A stretch of DNA of 58,988 bases from Octopus bimaculoides (Eukaryota). The position numbers were made by a program, and so were the translations under genes. Each line of letters opens with the position of its first letter. The first letter of the stretch is position 1. The stretch lies in the NCBI RefSeq assembly GCF_001194135.2, contig NC_068984.1:80069005-80127992 (forward strand), given 5' to 3'. The notes under the pieces are model-generated. The model had not been told where the DNA came from. It did not search any database and was given only the letters and a program-made list of their open reading frames with translations. Positions 1 to 13,402 of this stretch are shown one piece after another.

Positions 1-157
1 AATATATATTTATATATGTGTGTGTGTCCATATAGATAGGTATGCATATATGTGTGCATTTATATACGTATCCATATATACATACGTACACACACAGCAC
101 ATGCATATATGTATATATATGCACACACTTGCACAGACACATACACATACATACATT

Positions 158-202
<45 letters not shown>

Positions 203-1051
203 TATATGTGTAAACACACATGTGTATGTTTGTTTGTATTATTGTGACTGGTTTCAAAGATGTTAAATTATTTCTGTATAAATTCTCCATTGATTCAAAT
301 CTAGTAATCTCTTTATCTTGGGACCAGCTTATGAAGCTTGTCACTACTTAAGTAAACATATAAACTCTATGAAATATGAAAGACTCCTCCCCTACAAGTC
401 CACTTGTACACACACACACATACACACATTCTAATATATTGATACTTACACACATAGCCATTTATGTACACACACACATACAAGCATATGTGTATATCAA
501 AATAACTATTTAGATATGTAGTCATGAATACATTATATACATTATCTATATGTATTNNNNNNNNNNATATATACATATATATATTATGTATGTATGTATA
601 TATGTTTATACGTGGTCTGATCAATAAGTATCCAGAATGTTGCCATTGTAATGAAGCTGAAGCATATATATATATATATGTATATATATACATGTTCTTT
701 TTTCTTCTTAAGATCATGATCAAGAAAGGTTTGGTTGCTGTTTCTAGCAGGTCAGGCAACCTTGTTGGTGTTTCCCCATTGGCTGAAAGTATACTTGTTG
801 TTTAGGTCCACCTTAGAAATAACCGAGCATACTTTTAATCAAAACATTCTAGCAGTGACCATCACAACTTTTTCCCTATATGCAGGGCATGCAAAAACCT
901 CATTCTCTAATGACATGTCCTTTATCTAAAAATAGTAGATTATGATTTGAGGGAGATTTGGCTTCCATTTCTAGCAACTTAAGTAAGTACATAGAGATGT
1001 TTTCTATCAGGTCCTGGAGATGTGTATGGATAATAATCCTTTCTACTATCT

Positions 1052-1450
1052 CTCTTTTACTTGTTTCAGTCTTTTGTCTGTGGCCATGCTGGGGCACCGA
1101 CTTTTAGTCGAGCAAATCGACCCCAGGACTTATTCTTTGTAAGCCTAGTACTTATTCCATCGGTGTCTTTTGCCGAACCGCTAAGTTACGGGGACGTAAA
1201 CACACCAGCATCGGTTGTCAAGCGATGTTGGGGGAACAAACACAGACACACAAACACATATACACATACATACATATATATATACATATATACAACAGGC
1301 TTCTTTCAATTTTCGTCCACCAAATCCACTCACAAGGCTTTGGTTGGCCCAAGGCTATAGTAGAAGACACTTGCCCATGATGCCACGCAGTGGGACTGAA
1401 CCCGGAACCATGTGGTTGGTGGTTGATAAGCAAGCTACTTACCACACACC
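1052..1450 (-). mobile_element. tRNA-headed SINE family A (octopus OR/CORE-like), near full length
   Basis: On the minus strand: A/B-box-like head (gtggtaagtagcttgct...gggttcagtcccac), ttgggcaagtgtcttctactatag body, internal (CA/TA)n. The same sequence recurs at 15513-15910, 23168-23745 and 32170-32530. Confidence 0.85.
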
Positions 1451-1657
1451 CAAGGAACAAGGCCTGAAATTTGGGTGGAGTGGGAGTGCAGTCGATTAAA
1501 TCGATTTCCGTATGCAACTGGTACTTAATTTATCAACCCCAAAAGGATGAAAGGCAAAGTCGATCTTGGCAGAATTTGAACTCAGAACGTAAAGACAGAC
1601 GAAATACCGCTAAGCATTTCGCCTGGCATGCTAACAATCCTACCAGCTCACCACCTT
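1451..1657 (-). mobile_element. SINE family B (ggcgagctggcagaa...gttctgagttcaaatt... type)
   Basis: Reverse complement of the copy at 55817-56035; abuts family A. Confidence 0.8.
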
Positions 1658-3134
1658 TATGTGTATGGGTAATAATGTGGTGGTGGTGGTGGTGCCAGTG
1701 GTCGTGGTGGTAGTGGTGGCAGCTGACAAATAAAAGAGGAATTATAAGAACAGTGCAAAGAAATGGCAATCCTTGTTGTAGCAGTGGTGACGATGGTGAT
1801 TATGGTAATGCTGATTGCAGGTGCTAGTGATAACTGTGTTGCTTCTGGTTGTAGAGTGATGGTGGTGGTATGGTAGTGGTGGTGGTGGTATGGTAGTGGT
1901 GGTGGTGGTATGGTAGTGGTGGTGGTGGTGATGAAGATGTAGATGATTACAAGCCATAATTCAGACTACCCTGCCTGTTGCTTTTATAAAATGATTAATG
2001 ATAATAATTATAAGCGGCAGTGGATGTGATGATAAAACTATCAATCCTCATCATCATCCTCTTCATCCCAATCATTATTATCCTCCTCATCATCTTCAAT
2101 CTCATCATCATCTCTTATTATCTCCCTTTTGTATGAGCTAAAACCAGTATTATTAACAATATCATTCGTTCGCTTTCATCTTTGCAATCCTATATTTCTC
2201 TTTTCTCATCTTCTGTCCATTCTGCCCATTTCCAATTCAAACCAATGACCTTCATATTCTGTAATCCATCATGTTAGCCACTAAAACATTGCGTACTTTG
2301 GCATTATTGGATAATAGCAGTGACGTAAGGAATAATCCAGAACATACTTTGATCCACGGAATACTTTAGAATGGACTTTCTCTTTGATTTATTCTTGTTG
2401 CTGCTGCTGTTGTTGTTATTTTTGTTGTTTAAAATAGGACATCCTGATAAATGGTGTCTTTGTTAAACGATGTGTGTGTGTGTATTAGTATGTACTAGTG
2501 TGTGTGTGTGTGTATGTGGGGGAGAGAAAGAGAGAGAGAGAGAGGAGAGTGTGCATAAGTGTGAATAGGTGAGAGAAGGAGAGAGTGTGTGTGTGTGTGT
2601 GTGTGTGTCTGTGAGTACATGAAAGAAAGCATGTGTGTGTATGCATATGTGCATGTGTTCGTATGCAAGAGGGAGAATAGATGTGTGTGTGTGTGTGTGT
2701 GAAGGAGAGTATATGTGAGTTGGTGTGTGTGAGTTAGTATGTGTGAGCATGTGTGAATAAATGTGTATAAATATAATGAGTGAGTGTGTACGAGAGAGCA
2801 TGTATCAGTGTGTATGTATGTGTTTGTGTATATAAGAAACAGTGCATGTACATGTGTGTACATGTGTATGTGTGCATGTGTGATTCACATGGCTTTGGCC
2901 AGCTCAGAGTTATAGTGCTAAGTAGACACTTGCCCAAGGTATCACATAATGAGTTTAAATCAAAAAACTATATTCTTGAAAAGCAAACATATTGACTGCA
3001 CAGCCATGCATGTAGCTATGTATGTGTTTGGAATTACATTGATAAATAAGAAAACATATTGCTTTATAATTTTAATAAAGAAGATTGATTAGCGTTTGTC
3101 TGTTGAAGAGTATTTATTTTAGCAGTTAATACTT

Positions 3135-3510
3135 TTAACCCTTTAGCATTCAGATTACACTATCATATGTAATGCTCATTTGCAACAACTTTTAGTAAAC
3201 AAACTTTGAAGCATCGAATGCGTTTTGTATTTTACAGACTTTCATGTTTATAAAACAGGAAACATATTCAATGCTTCCAAAGTTTGTTTATAAGATGTCG
3301 TTGCATTTCAAAAACGGGTGCAAGTTCAAGTCCCATAGCTGTCTGCTAGCAACTTTTTCCATCTTATAAGGGGATATTTTGATGATGTGATTGTATATTT
3401 TGAGTACGACATTGTATGGTTGGTGTGAGAGGCTGAATGTGGCTAGTCTGTACATAAAGCAAGTGTGATATTTGAGCTAGATTTGGCTGGTTTACATGTT
3501 AAAGGGTTAA
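3135..3510. mobile_element. MITE with TTAA ends (piggyBac-like non-autonomous element)
   Basis: ttaaccctttagca ... tgttaaagggttaa (13/14 inverted match including TTAA). A partial second copy starts near 4288. Confidence 0.65.
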
Positions 3511-3819
3511 ATCCAGCTGGTTAGATGTTAAATATGTTTTGCGGAAAAAATATTGAAACTTAAAATTAGCTCACAAGCTACTCATGGTAACATTTTAAGC
3601 TACATACAGCTCAGAAGCCAGTTTGATCACTATTTACATAGAGTCTTTAAACCTAATATGAGTCATTATTGAACAAAAGGTCTTTACATAACATTATGGT
3701 AGAAAATTTATATTTTGATTCAAATGTTTTAAACAAATGGGTTTGTATCACAGAATCAGGTGAAGTCTCAGATAGATTAGTATCAAAATGATAAACCAAC
3801 TTTTTAATACGGTTCCATG

Positions 3820-4118
3820 GCCTGGCTCTCTGTTAGAACAAGCATGAGTGTTCCAGTTGATGAATCAAAAAGCCTGCTCATGAACTTGATATGCAAGTGA
3901 CTGAGCACTCCACAGACATAAATAACCTTAACAGTGTTCTCTAGGAGATTCAGCATAATACAGAGTGTGACAAGGCTGGTCCTTGAACTACAAATATAAC
4001 TTATTTTTACTAGTTGAGTAGACTGATGCCATGAGAAATAAAGTGTTTTTCTGAAGAACACAGTGTGCTGCCAGGAATTGAACTCACTACCTTATGACCA
4101 CGAGATGAATACCCTAGG
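3820..4118 (-). mobile_element. tRNA-headed SINE family E, degraded
   Basis: Reverse-complement homolog of 40361-40747 (gtgtgacaaggctggtcc, gagcactccacagac, ttccagttgat). Confidence 0.75.
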
Positions 4119-4446
4119 TTTCCTAAAAATTTTGTGTTTGGGGTATCAAATTTGAATGCCAGTAAATTTTTGACCATAGGTGAGATATTCCTGCTCTACA
4201 TCTTCTACAAACTTTACAATTGTTAATTATCTATTTGACAGCTCAAGTTCTTTTATTGGCTTCATGTAATATATCAAAGTGAAGTCACCCTTTAGCAATC
4301 AGATTATTCTGTCAAATGTAATGTTTATTTATTCACATTGTTTTCAATTAATCATACGTGATCTCATAGCTTTGAGATTTCAATGATGTGATTATTTACT
4401 TTTAGAATGACATGGTAGGGTTGTTGTCTGAGGTATGATCTAGTCC

Positions 4447-4650
4447 AGTGGTTCCTAACCTTTTCACAGTGGTTCTCAACAGTGTTTCCCAACCCTTTTA
4501 TTTAAATGAATTTTCCCACGGACCCATTTTAATATGCTTATCCTTATGTATGTATACATGTATATATATGTGTGTGTGTGAAATTTTGAATTTAGTTCAT
4601 GGATCCCCAGTACTACCTTTGTGGACCACTAGGGGTTCGTGGACCCCAGA
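4447..4650. mobile_element. hAT-like MITE fragment
   Basis: Starts with three stuttered cagtggttc(c/t)(c/t)aac terminal motifs typical of hAT MITEs; right TIR not found. Confidence 0.5.
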
Positions 4651-5626
4651 TCTTAAAGGATTAAGAGACATTCAGTACTGTAGGCTAATGTAGTAGTAGT
4701 TTTTGTATTGTTTAACGATAGACCAACATCATCTGAACAAACATGAACAAAAGCCTTCAAGTTCTGAGCTTCACATCCTTTTCCTGAGCATTATGTATCT
4801 AGGATTACATTTTCTGAGGTTCTCTTCCATTTACAAGATGATTAGAAATAACTAATGAGGAAGATTTGGCTGTTATTTCTAGCAGCCTGAATGACTGTTT
4901 TCAGACTCGTTCATTGGCTCATACTCCGCTTGTTGGCTCTTTATGGTTTGTTTCTCGGGCATGAAGCTTCTGATTGTATATTTGCTTGGCAATTGAGGAT
5001 AAACAATTGGGAAATTGTCTTTCTCAAGAACATTAGTCATGTAACGAAGTGCAAAGCAGTACATTGATCATTGCCAAGAACCAAAATCATGTAAAGAAGT
5101 ATATCTACCAAAAAAACAAAAAGACACCGTTTTGTGGTGCCCACACTTACATAACAATCATTCCATAGTCATCATGGCAAAAAAACATATTGCTAAGTTT
5201 TATAAAACGCAAAAAAAGACCAAAAAAACTGAAAAAGCAATAAATAAATAAGTTATAAAAAGTTATGGTAATAGTAAAGGAATAACATGTTTTGTGATTT
5301 GGCATTATAATTAACAAATCGATTGAGTGTGTAAGAGTATGAGGAGAATTGACAGACAGTAGCAAAAACGGTTTTATATATAAATGCATGTGTGCGTGTA
5401 TGTTTAGATATATATGTGTGTATATATACACACTCACACACACACACATATATATATACACATACATATGTATATATATGTGTGTGTGTGTATATAAGTA
5501 TATATATCTGTGTGTGTGTATGTATATGTATATACATGTACATATGTGTAGATATACGTGTGTTAATACGTGTGTATATATATGTATATATATATATATA
5601 TTTGTGTATATATGTGTGTGCGTGTA

Positions 5627-5664
<38 letters not shown>

Positions 5665-5678
5665 CACACACACACACA

Positions 5679-5745
<67 letters not shown>

Positions 5746-6286
5746 TTACTTATACATAGATAATGGAAATGAATGGAATTGGATCAAAGAAACCATCATT
5801 TAACTCTTCACTTCTCTTAATTATTGATTAATCAATGCAATAAATACATAGAAATAATGAGGTAAAAACAAGAATAAGAAGAACAGAAATATAAAATAAA
5901 AACAATAAAATAAAATAGGTTTATGCCAGTCCTAAGAAAGAATACCAATGATTCCATCATGAAAAAAAAAGAAAGATGGGTGACGTAAAATCATCGCTAT
6001 AAACTTTTGTAACTACGCACCTAACATCACTAATGCTTTATACTTTCTGTTCATTACTGCATAATTCATTAGGGTATATATATGTGTGCGTTTGTGTTAA
6101 GGATATAGATAGCTAGACAGATCGCTATAGAGATACATACATACATAGACATACATACATTTATGTGTATAAATGTATGTAATATGTATATGTATGTTAT
6201 ATCTGCACACGTATACATACACACATATATGCATGCATACATACATACATATATATATATTTATATATATACACACATACATGCAT

Positions 6287-6333
<47 letters not shown>

Positions 6334-6342
6334 CATACATAT

Positions 6343-6374
<32 letters not shown>

Positions 6375-7046
6375 GTATATGTATGTATGCATACATATAT
6401 ATATGTGTTAACAAGCCAAAACTTCAAAGTCATTGCCAGTAATATTCTTGTTTATATATATATACATATACACACATACAGACATATGAGGCAGTCAAAC
6501 GGTAGAGCTTTTACATCATAAGAGAAATCTCTTGCAATTTTTCTGGCTCATTTGTAGTTTATTTCACTCTAAAAACATGCCCAGGCCCTTGGCATGGTGT
6601 GATCTTTGTAGACAAGAGGCTCATTCATCGGGTGTTATTTGCTTCCAGTTCTCTGTGTAATCTTATCCAGGTAGTTTGTTGTTTGATGGACTAGGAAATT
6701 TTTAGTGTACTTGGAAATAAGTGGGGATTGTCACCAGGAAGGGCATCTAGCCATAGAAAACTGCATCAGTGTACTCCTGTCTCAGTCAGGCAAACATGGA
6801 AAAGTAAAACGAATTATTAAAGATGCGTTAAAAAATATTCTTCATTGTCTTCTTTTTCTTGTATTATTTATTCTTTGCCAACCCATTTTATGGTATAATC
6901 ATTGTGAAACTTTGATTTTCTATACCTGAGGAATTCCAGCTTTGACCTGGAACCCAATAGTGTTGATAGCCCAATAGTGCTTCTCTGGAAATACCCTAAC
7001 TTCACTACCTGACCTTAGATGATATATATATTTAGTAGACAATTCT

Positions 7047-7311
7047 AGCGTGGAAGGTGTTTATAAGCTATTTAAGAAACACACAAAAACCATTAGATTC
7101 ACTTCAACATTTAAATTTGATTTGTGTCAAAATATTTTCGTCAGTTTGAGACCACGACCTATTCACTGTGCTGCAGCACAGAATTTTGTCAGTGAACAGG
7201 TCGCAGTCTCAAAGCGACGAAAATATTATGACACAAATTAAATTTAAATGTTGATGTGAATCTAATGGTTTTTGTGTGTTTCTTAAATGGCTTATAAACA
7301 CCTTCTACGCT
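7047..7311. mobile_element. Fold-back (palindromic) MITE
   Basis: agcgtggaaggtgtttataagctatttaagaaacacacaaaaaccattagattcac... is matched by its reverse complement ending ...cttataaacaccttctacgct; arms about 120 bp. Confidence 0.85.
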
Positions 7312-7696
7312 GCAATTGTTTTCGTTCCAGCATACGATCTCAGATCAGGTCACTTGCTATGCAAGTACATGTCCGTAATATTTAGTAGAATATGAGGTAT
7401 AAATAGAAAGTCCTTGGTATAGTATTATATAGTTGAAAAAATGGATGATGTCTTTTGTGATAATTTTTCCACTTTTATAATTAGACATTCATAAGTTATT
7501 AGGTGCTTATGAACATCTAATTATTAGAGTGGAAAAATCATCAGAAAAGCCATTTGTATTCATTTTGTCAAACATCTACTATAATAATACCCTTGTTTTT
7601 CTCCATCACGACATATGAATAAGAAAGGAAGGGGTGAAAAAAATCCAACAGCGTTTCACCTATGTGTGAGTATATGCATGTATATGTAAAAGGGAG

Positions 7697-7729
<33 letters not shown>

Positions 7730-8000
7730 CAATAGAAGTGGGATGGTGAGCCTTCAAAGCTGGGAAGAAAAATCAGTGTTTCAACTCTGTATGAGTATAT
7801 GTGTGCATGTGTACAAGGGAAATATCTGAATGCTTGTATGTGTGAACCATCCTTCTTTCAGTAACAAATGATGATTGATGTCACATCTCAAAAGACAACC
7901 GCTAGATAACATTGACAAGTGTATTACTTTGATTTACCATCCATATTTATATACAAAATACTACAATTAGCCATCATTTTTGACGGTATAGAGCCAGCTA

Positions 8001-8045
<45 letters not shown>

Positions 8046-8077
8046 CACTCACACACACACACACACACACATATAAT

Positions 8078-8134
<57 letters not shown>

Positions 8135-10680
8135 TTACATATATACACTTATGCACTCATACAAGTGCATACGTATGATAATTTTTTCTCTGATGTTATG
8201 GATAAACTGTTATACCAAGTTCATACACCACTTCCTTAAGTTTCTATGTGAATTAAGCATTTTTTTCATTTCTCTTGGAAAATCGTTTTTTTAAAATTTT
8301 ATTTATTTATTTTTTGCTAAAATCCACTGTCTGAGGAAAGAGTTGAATGTGCTTTTCAGTGACTGTAAATCTTTTGCTCCACCTCAACATGTAGATTTTG
8401 ATTCCTCATAGCAATTTTAATATCTTTAACTCTTCTTTACTTTTAGTTTCTTGCTTTTCGTTGACTTTAACGTCAGTAATACAACTGGAAAGAAAATGGT
8501 GATAAATTATCATTCCATCTAGAAAATGGAAGGGAAAAGTTTTCTTTCTGCTTGAATATGATGAAAACAGTAGGTAAATAGCAGCATAAGAGGTTCTGAT
8601 GGGGGTTACTAGGAACATTTAATTTGGTTTCCTTGTTGAAAATATTTAGTGACAATAATTCATAAATTTAGAAAGCCATTTTAGTCTTTTATTGGTTCCA
8701 TACTGAGAACCTGCCTTCAAGGATGAAGGAAAATATTTTTTCCTCCACAGGAAGCAATATTTATTTTTGTGTCATTTAAATTAAAATTATTACAAAATTC
8801 ACATGCGAATATTTACTTCCCAATCTGAAGGAAGCCTCTTGCTGCATACGTTGGTGTGCATGAGTGTATAGATGCTCATCAACCACCCATCTAAGTGCAT
8901 GTGTGTGATTGCCATTTTACAGTGTTAAATCTTATATTACCATTTTCTTTTACAATCAATAACTTCTACGTAAATAAGGCTCTATTCTCAGAATTCTATC
9001 TGTACTCTAAGCAATATCCTTAACTTAAATACAGTTATCAATTGAATACTCCAAATTTGATGTTAATTTCAGGATTTTCCTGTCATAAATCTGGTCCTTA
9101 ACATTGACATTTTTACATAGACCTGTCATATTATTCTTTCAGATTTCATACTACCATATCTTTAATTTGATTTCAGAATTTCTTGAAGTAAAAGTATATA
9201 AACACAACTAAAAGCTAAAAGACATCTGCATGATATCGAGATAAATTTTATTTCATATTTTCCAAATAAAAATATCAAATTCAATATTGTTGTTCTTCTC
9301 GTATACTGACAAATGTTTTAGGAAGATATTTCTGCCTGTTTTTCTCATGTTATTTTCATTCTTTTTCCTTTCTGTCTTTCTCTCTCTTTATAAACTGATT
9401 AATCACAAGCAAACTTTCAAATATTTTTCTTATTTTTATATATGCGCTGTACCTGTGTGCATATATGTGTGATATCACAACACATGCATGTGTATTAACA
9501 CATCAGTATGTTATAATATGTATATGTGTATTACCATATACACATATCATAACATACACGAGTATTATAATGCAACACATTTGTGTGAAAATTATATTTG
9601 CTAGCTAAGAAAAATGAGATGTTAAACAGTAAAGAAAGGAAAAGTGATAACACACACACATACACATACACACTGAAACACAGACACACACACACATACA
9701 TACACACACATGCACACACACAGACGCGCACAAACACACACACATATGCACCAATGCATTCTTTTTCCATATATTCTAAATAGTTAATGTGATTCATTAT
9801 CCATATGTTGTGAGATCAAATCTTGCTATGGTATATTTTTATTCCCATAAGCATTATTAATCTCTTCATTTAGCTCTCAAAACATAGCAGGAATTTATAA
9901 CTGACACTATAGCATTTTTTGTGACTAGCTTGCTAGAAAATACGATAATTAGGCAAATAAACATACCATGCTCTAAGATTTTAGGAAAATGCTTTGAGCT
10001 ATTCTGATGCTGTTGTTGTTGTTGTTGTTGTTGTTGTGTAGCATCCCTACCCCCTCCATGTACATATCAATCAATGTGGAATGTTAAAACGAATAATATT
10101 GCATCAAAAAGATTATGAAACAACTGTAATCATATGAAAATAATACCTCCTCAATTATATGATTGTTCTTTAATCCTCATGAAAATATTTACTGCTTGAA
10201 TATCCTGGATTTTCAGCTGCATCGACATGTTATCTTACATTGTAATTTAATTACTCTGTGAACTGATAGCTGATTCCTAGCAGAAGTGTTTATTGTGAGA
10301 CCTACTTGATTCTCTGAATCCAATTCTCTACCTTATATGTGTATGCACACATACCTTTTTCTTTTCTTTTATTTCTGTCATTCATTGGAGCGCAGCTATG
10401 CTCAAGCAGTACCTTGAAGACTTTAACCAAACAAATCACCCCAGGACTTACTACTTTTAAAGAGCTTACTCAATCATCCCTTTTGTCAAACTGCTAAGTT
10501 ACAAGGATGTAAAAACGTATGTTCACTGTGTCACATAGTGGGATTGAACCCAAAATCATATGCATGGGAAGAAAACTTCTTAACCATAAAGCCACAACTG
10601 CACCTATAATTCTTGTGTGTGTATACACTTGTATATGAATGTATACATATGTATATGTACATATGTATGTATACTATATT

Positions 10681-10739
10681 ATTCATTAAAACTGTCTGAC
10701 GAACCAGAATGGGAAACTCTGAGTAATAGTTCTATGAAT
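10681..10739 (+). ncRNA. Minimal type I hammerhead ribozyme fold with irregular stem II
   Basis: AACUGU-CUGACGA-A-CCA gaa UGG-GAAA-CUC u GAG-UA-AUAGUU; stem I extends via attcat/atgaat. Confidence 0.65.
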
Positions 10740-11146
10740 ATTTTACAACTTTTACAATAAAGCATATTACTCTACCCTTGGTATTTGAGTACTATTTTTT
10801 CCACATTGTTTGCACTTAAGTGCCTACTTGTGTGTATACATATGTAAAATATATATTGATGTGTATTTCCTTCCTGTATATTTCTTGAACTGAACAATTT
10901 TACCACCACTGGAACTTTATACTTCTTGGAATCTACCATCATGGATTTTACTGCACACGATTGTGAGCCGAATAGCTTAACCACTAAGTCATGCACCTTC
11001 ACAGCATATGTATAAAAATAGGATAAAACATTGGAATTTATCACATTTTGTCTTTTATGTTTTATTTGTTCCACTCGTTAGATTGCAGCCATGCTGGAGC
11101 ACTGCCTTGAAGGGTTTTACTTGAATAAGTCAACCCCAGTACTTAT

Positions 11147-11412
11147 TCATCATCATCATCATCGTCGTTTAATGTCCGCTTTCCATGCTAGCATGGGTTG
11201 GACGATTTGACTGAGGACTGGTGAAACCAGATGGCTATACCAGGCTCCAATCTGATTTGGCAGAGTTTCTACAGCTGCCCTTCCTAATGCCAACTACTCC
11301 GAGTGTGTAGTGGGTGCTTTTACGTGCCACCAGCACGAAGGTCAGTCAGGCGGTACTAGCAACGGCCACGTTTAAAATGGTGTATTTTACGTGCCACCCG
11401 CACAGGAGCCAG
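11147..11412 (-). mobile_element. SINE family C (RTE-type (GAT)n tail) inserted into a degraded family A SINE
   Basis: (cat)n cgtttaatgtccgctttccatgctagcatgggttggacg...; host SINE continues on both sides (11070-11146 and 11413-11530). Confidence 0.85.
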
Positions 11413-12402
11413 TTTGGCTCCATTGGACTCTTTTGACAAACTGCTAAGTTACATGGTTGTAAAGAAATCGACACCAGTTTTCGAGTGTGTGGGAACAAAT
11501 AAAACCACCCATCTACAGAATTTAAGCCCAAGGCTTATTTTGGCCTAGAGCTATAAACATTGTGTAACAATTTTTTTTTTTGTCTTTGTCTTTGGTTAGT
11601 AAATGTTATTTCCTATTTGCTTCTATCTAGAAATCAAAGGAAATGGCTACTATTCCCTTCAAACTTTGTTTTTGTGGTCTAGACATCAATGTTTTGAAAC
11701 TGATCTATTTTCCATTCTATTTCAGACAGATTCAATATTGAGTTGTTGAAACAGAAATATCAATATAGCAAATATTCTGCTCATATCACAGATTTGTTTG
11801 TCAGTTGCTTGTCCTTAACCACTTGAGTATGTCCCTCAGTGGCATAGAATTTGTGCATCTGTAATTATGATCAGTAGTGGGGGAGCATCATAGTCATGTG
11901 TTGGGAGGAATTCTCTGGGGTTTGAATTAGTGCAACGAAAGGAAATATAAGCCATTTTTTTCATGCTTTCAAGGAGTAAGCATACAGAAAATAACAGTTG
12001 CTACCCAAGGACAAAAATCGTTTTACACATTGTAATAGAAAACACTTTGTCCAAGGTGTTTTGCACAGCGAAATTGAACCCCAAATCACATGGTTGTAAA
12101 GTAAGATTCTTAACCATATCGCCACGCCTTATTGAAATTTAGCACACAATTAAAAAGAAACCCACTTTTGCTGAAGTTAATAGATATACATCCATGCATC
12201 CTATAATCATCATAAGTAAACTCTGATATACAGATGTAGAAATATTTTGTATGTCTATTGCTATTAGTTTATACATGTCCCCAAGTAGAATATCTAACAA
12301 AACCTGTAATTCTATGTTTCTCTATTAAAATAAAATTCCAGATTTTAACATCAATCTTGCTCTATTTAGTAATATACTTGATTTTGTTTTTTCTATTTCC
12401 AG

Positions 12403-12525
12403 GCTAGCATACTCAATATTAGTTGGTGGTGTTCTGAATTTCAAAGTCGAACATTTTCAAATAGTGAATGGATATTCAAATTTGTACTGGGGCTGGGGAG
12501 CAGAAGATGATGACATGGCTTACAG
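12403..12525 (+). CDS. B4GALT-like: Internal coding exon of a glycosyltransferase family 7 enzyme (beta-1,4-galactosyltransferase / bre-4-like beta-1,4-GalNAc-transferase), catalytic region
   Basis: Pyrimidine tract plus ttccAG acceptor and AG|GTAAGA donor; 123 nt, phase 2-2. Translates (R)LAYSILVGGVLNFKVEHFQIVNGYSNLYWGWGAEDDDMAY(R), gapless against the GT7 segment LPYVQYFGGVSALSKQQFLSINGFPNNYWGWGGEDDDIYNR. The exact ortholog is not determined. Confidence 0.95.
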
Positions 12526-12579
12526 GTAAGAAGACTTTTTAAAAATCATTTTTGTGTTTCTACTTTGATATGCTTTTTG

Positions 12580-12624
<45 letters not shown>

Positions 12625-12699
12625 CACACATACATATATATATATATATAGATATATATATACATACATACATACATATACATATATATATATCAACAC

Positions 12700-12741
<42 letters not shown>

Positions 12742-12843
12742 NNNNNNNNNNATATATATATATAAAAACACACATACATATATATATATATATAGATATA
12801 TATATACATACATACATACATATACATATATATATATCAACAC

Positions 12844-12902
<59 letters not shown>

Positions 12903-13169
12903 TATACATGCATATATATATGCATGTATGCAGTAAAAAAATCTGCTTTCTTCAGTATATTTGGCTGATACCAAATTCCCCTCATGTCAAGCTGTATATT
13001 CCATGTCCCCTCCTTCCATTTCTACCAACTTCTATTTTACAGTTACAATTCCCATATCTATCTATATAATACTTAATCTGTAATACCTGGTGAGTATCTG
13101 TACTTGATAAGATGTGTCAAGCTAAGTAAAATCGCTGCCTTCCACACATACAGGCTTGTTCTTTCAGGT

Positions 13170-13402
13170 AATTGCGCCACTTAAAAAGCACCCATGCCGG
13201 TTTTGCATTAATGCACCTATGCCAATGGCACATGAAAGGCACCAAGCATACTCTGTTATATAGTTGGCATTTGGAAGAGCATCCAGCTATAGGAACCATG
13301 CCTCAACAGACAAATGGCATCTGGACAGCTCCCTGCTAACCAGCTCCATGTCAAACTGTCCAACACATGCCAGCATGGAAAGCGGATGTTAAACGATGAT
13401 GG
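13170..13402 (+). mobile_element. SINE family C-related copy, opposite orientation to 11147-11412
   Basis: Ends gccagcatggaaagcggatgttaaacgatgatg. Confidence 0.8.

Noticed and set aside
12560-12900. Apparent tandem duplications across 10-N gaps (also 30485-30886, 42146-42480 and 47494-47865)
   Set aside because: Near-identical sequence on both sides of a short gap is the signature of unmerged contig overlaps, not biology.
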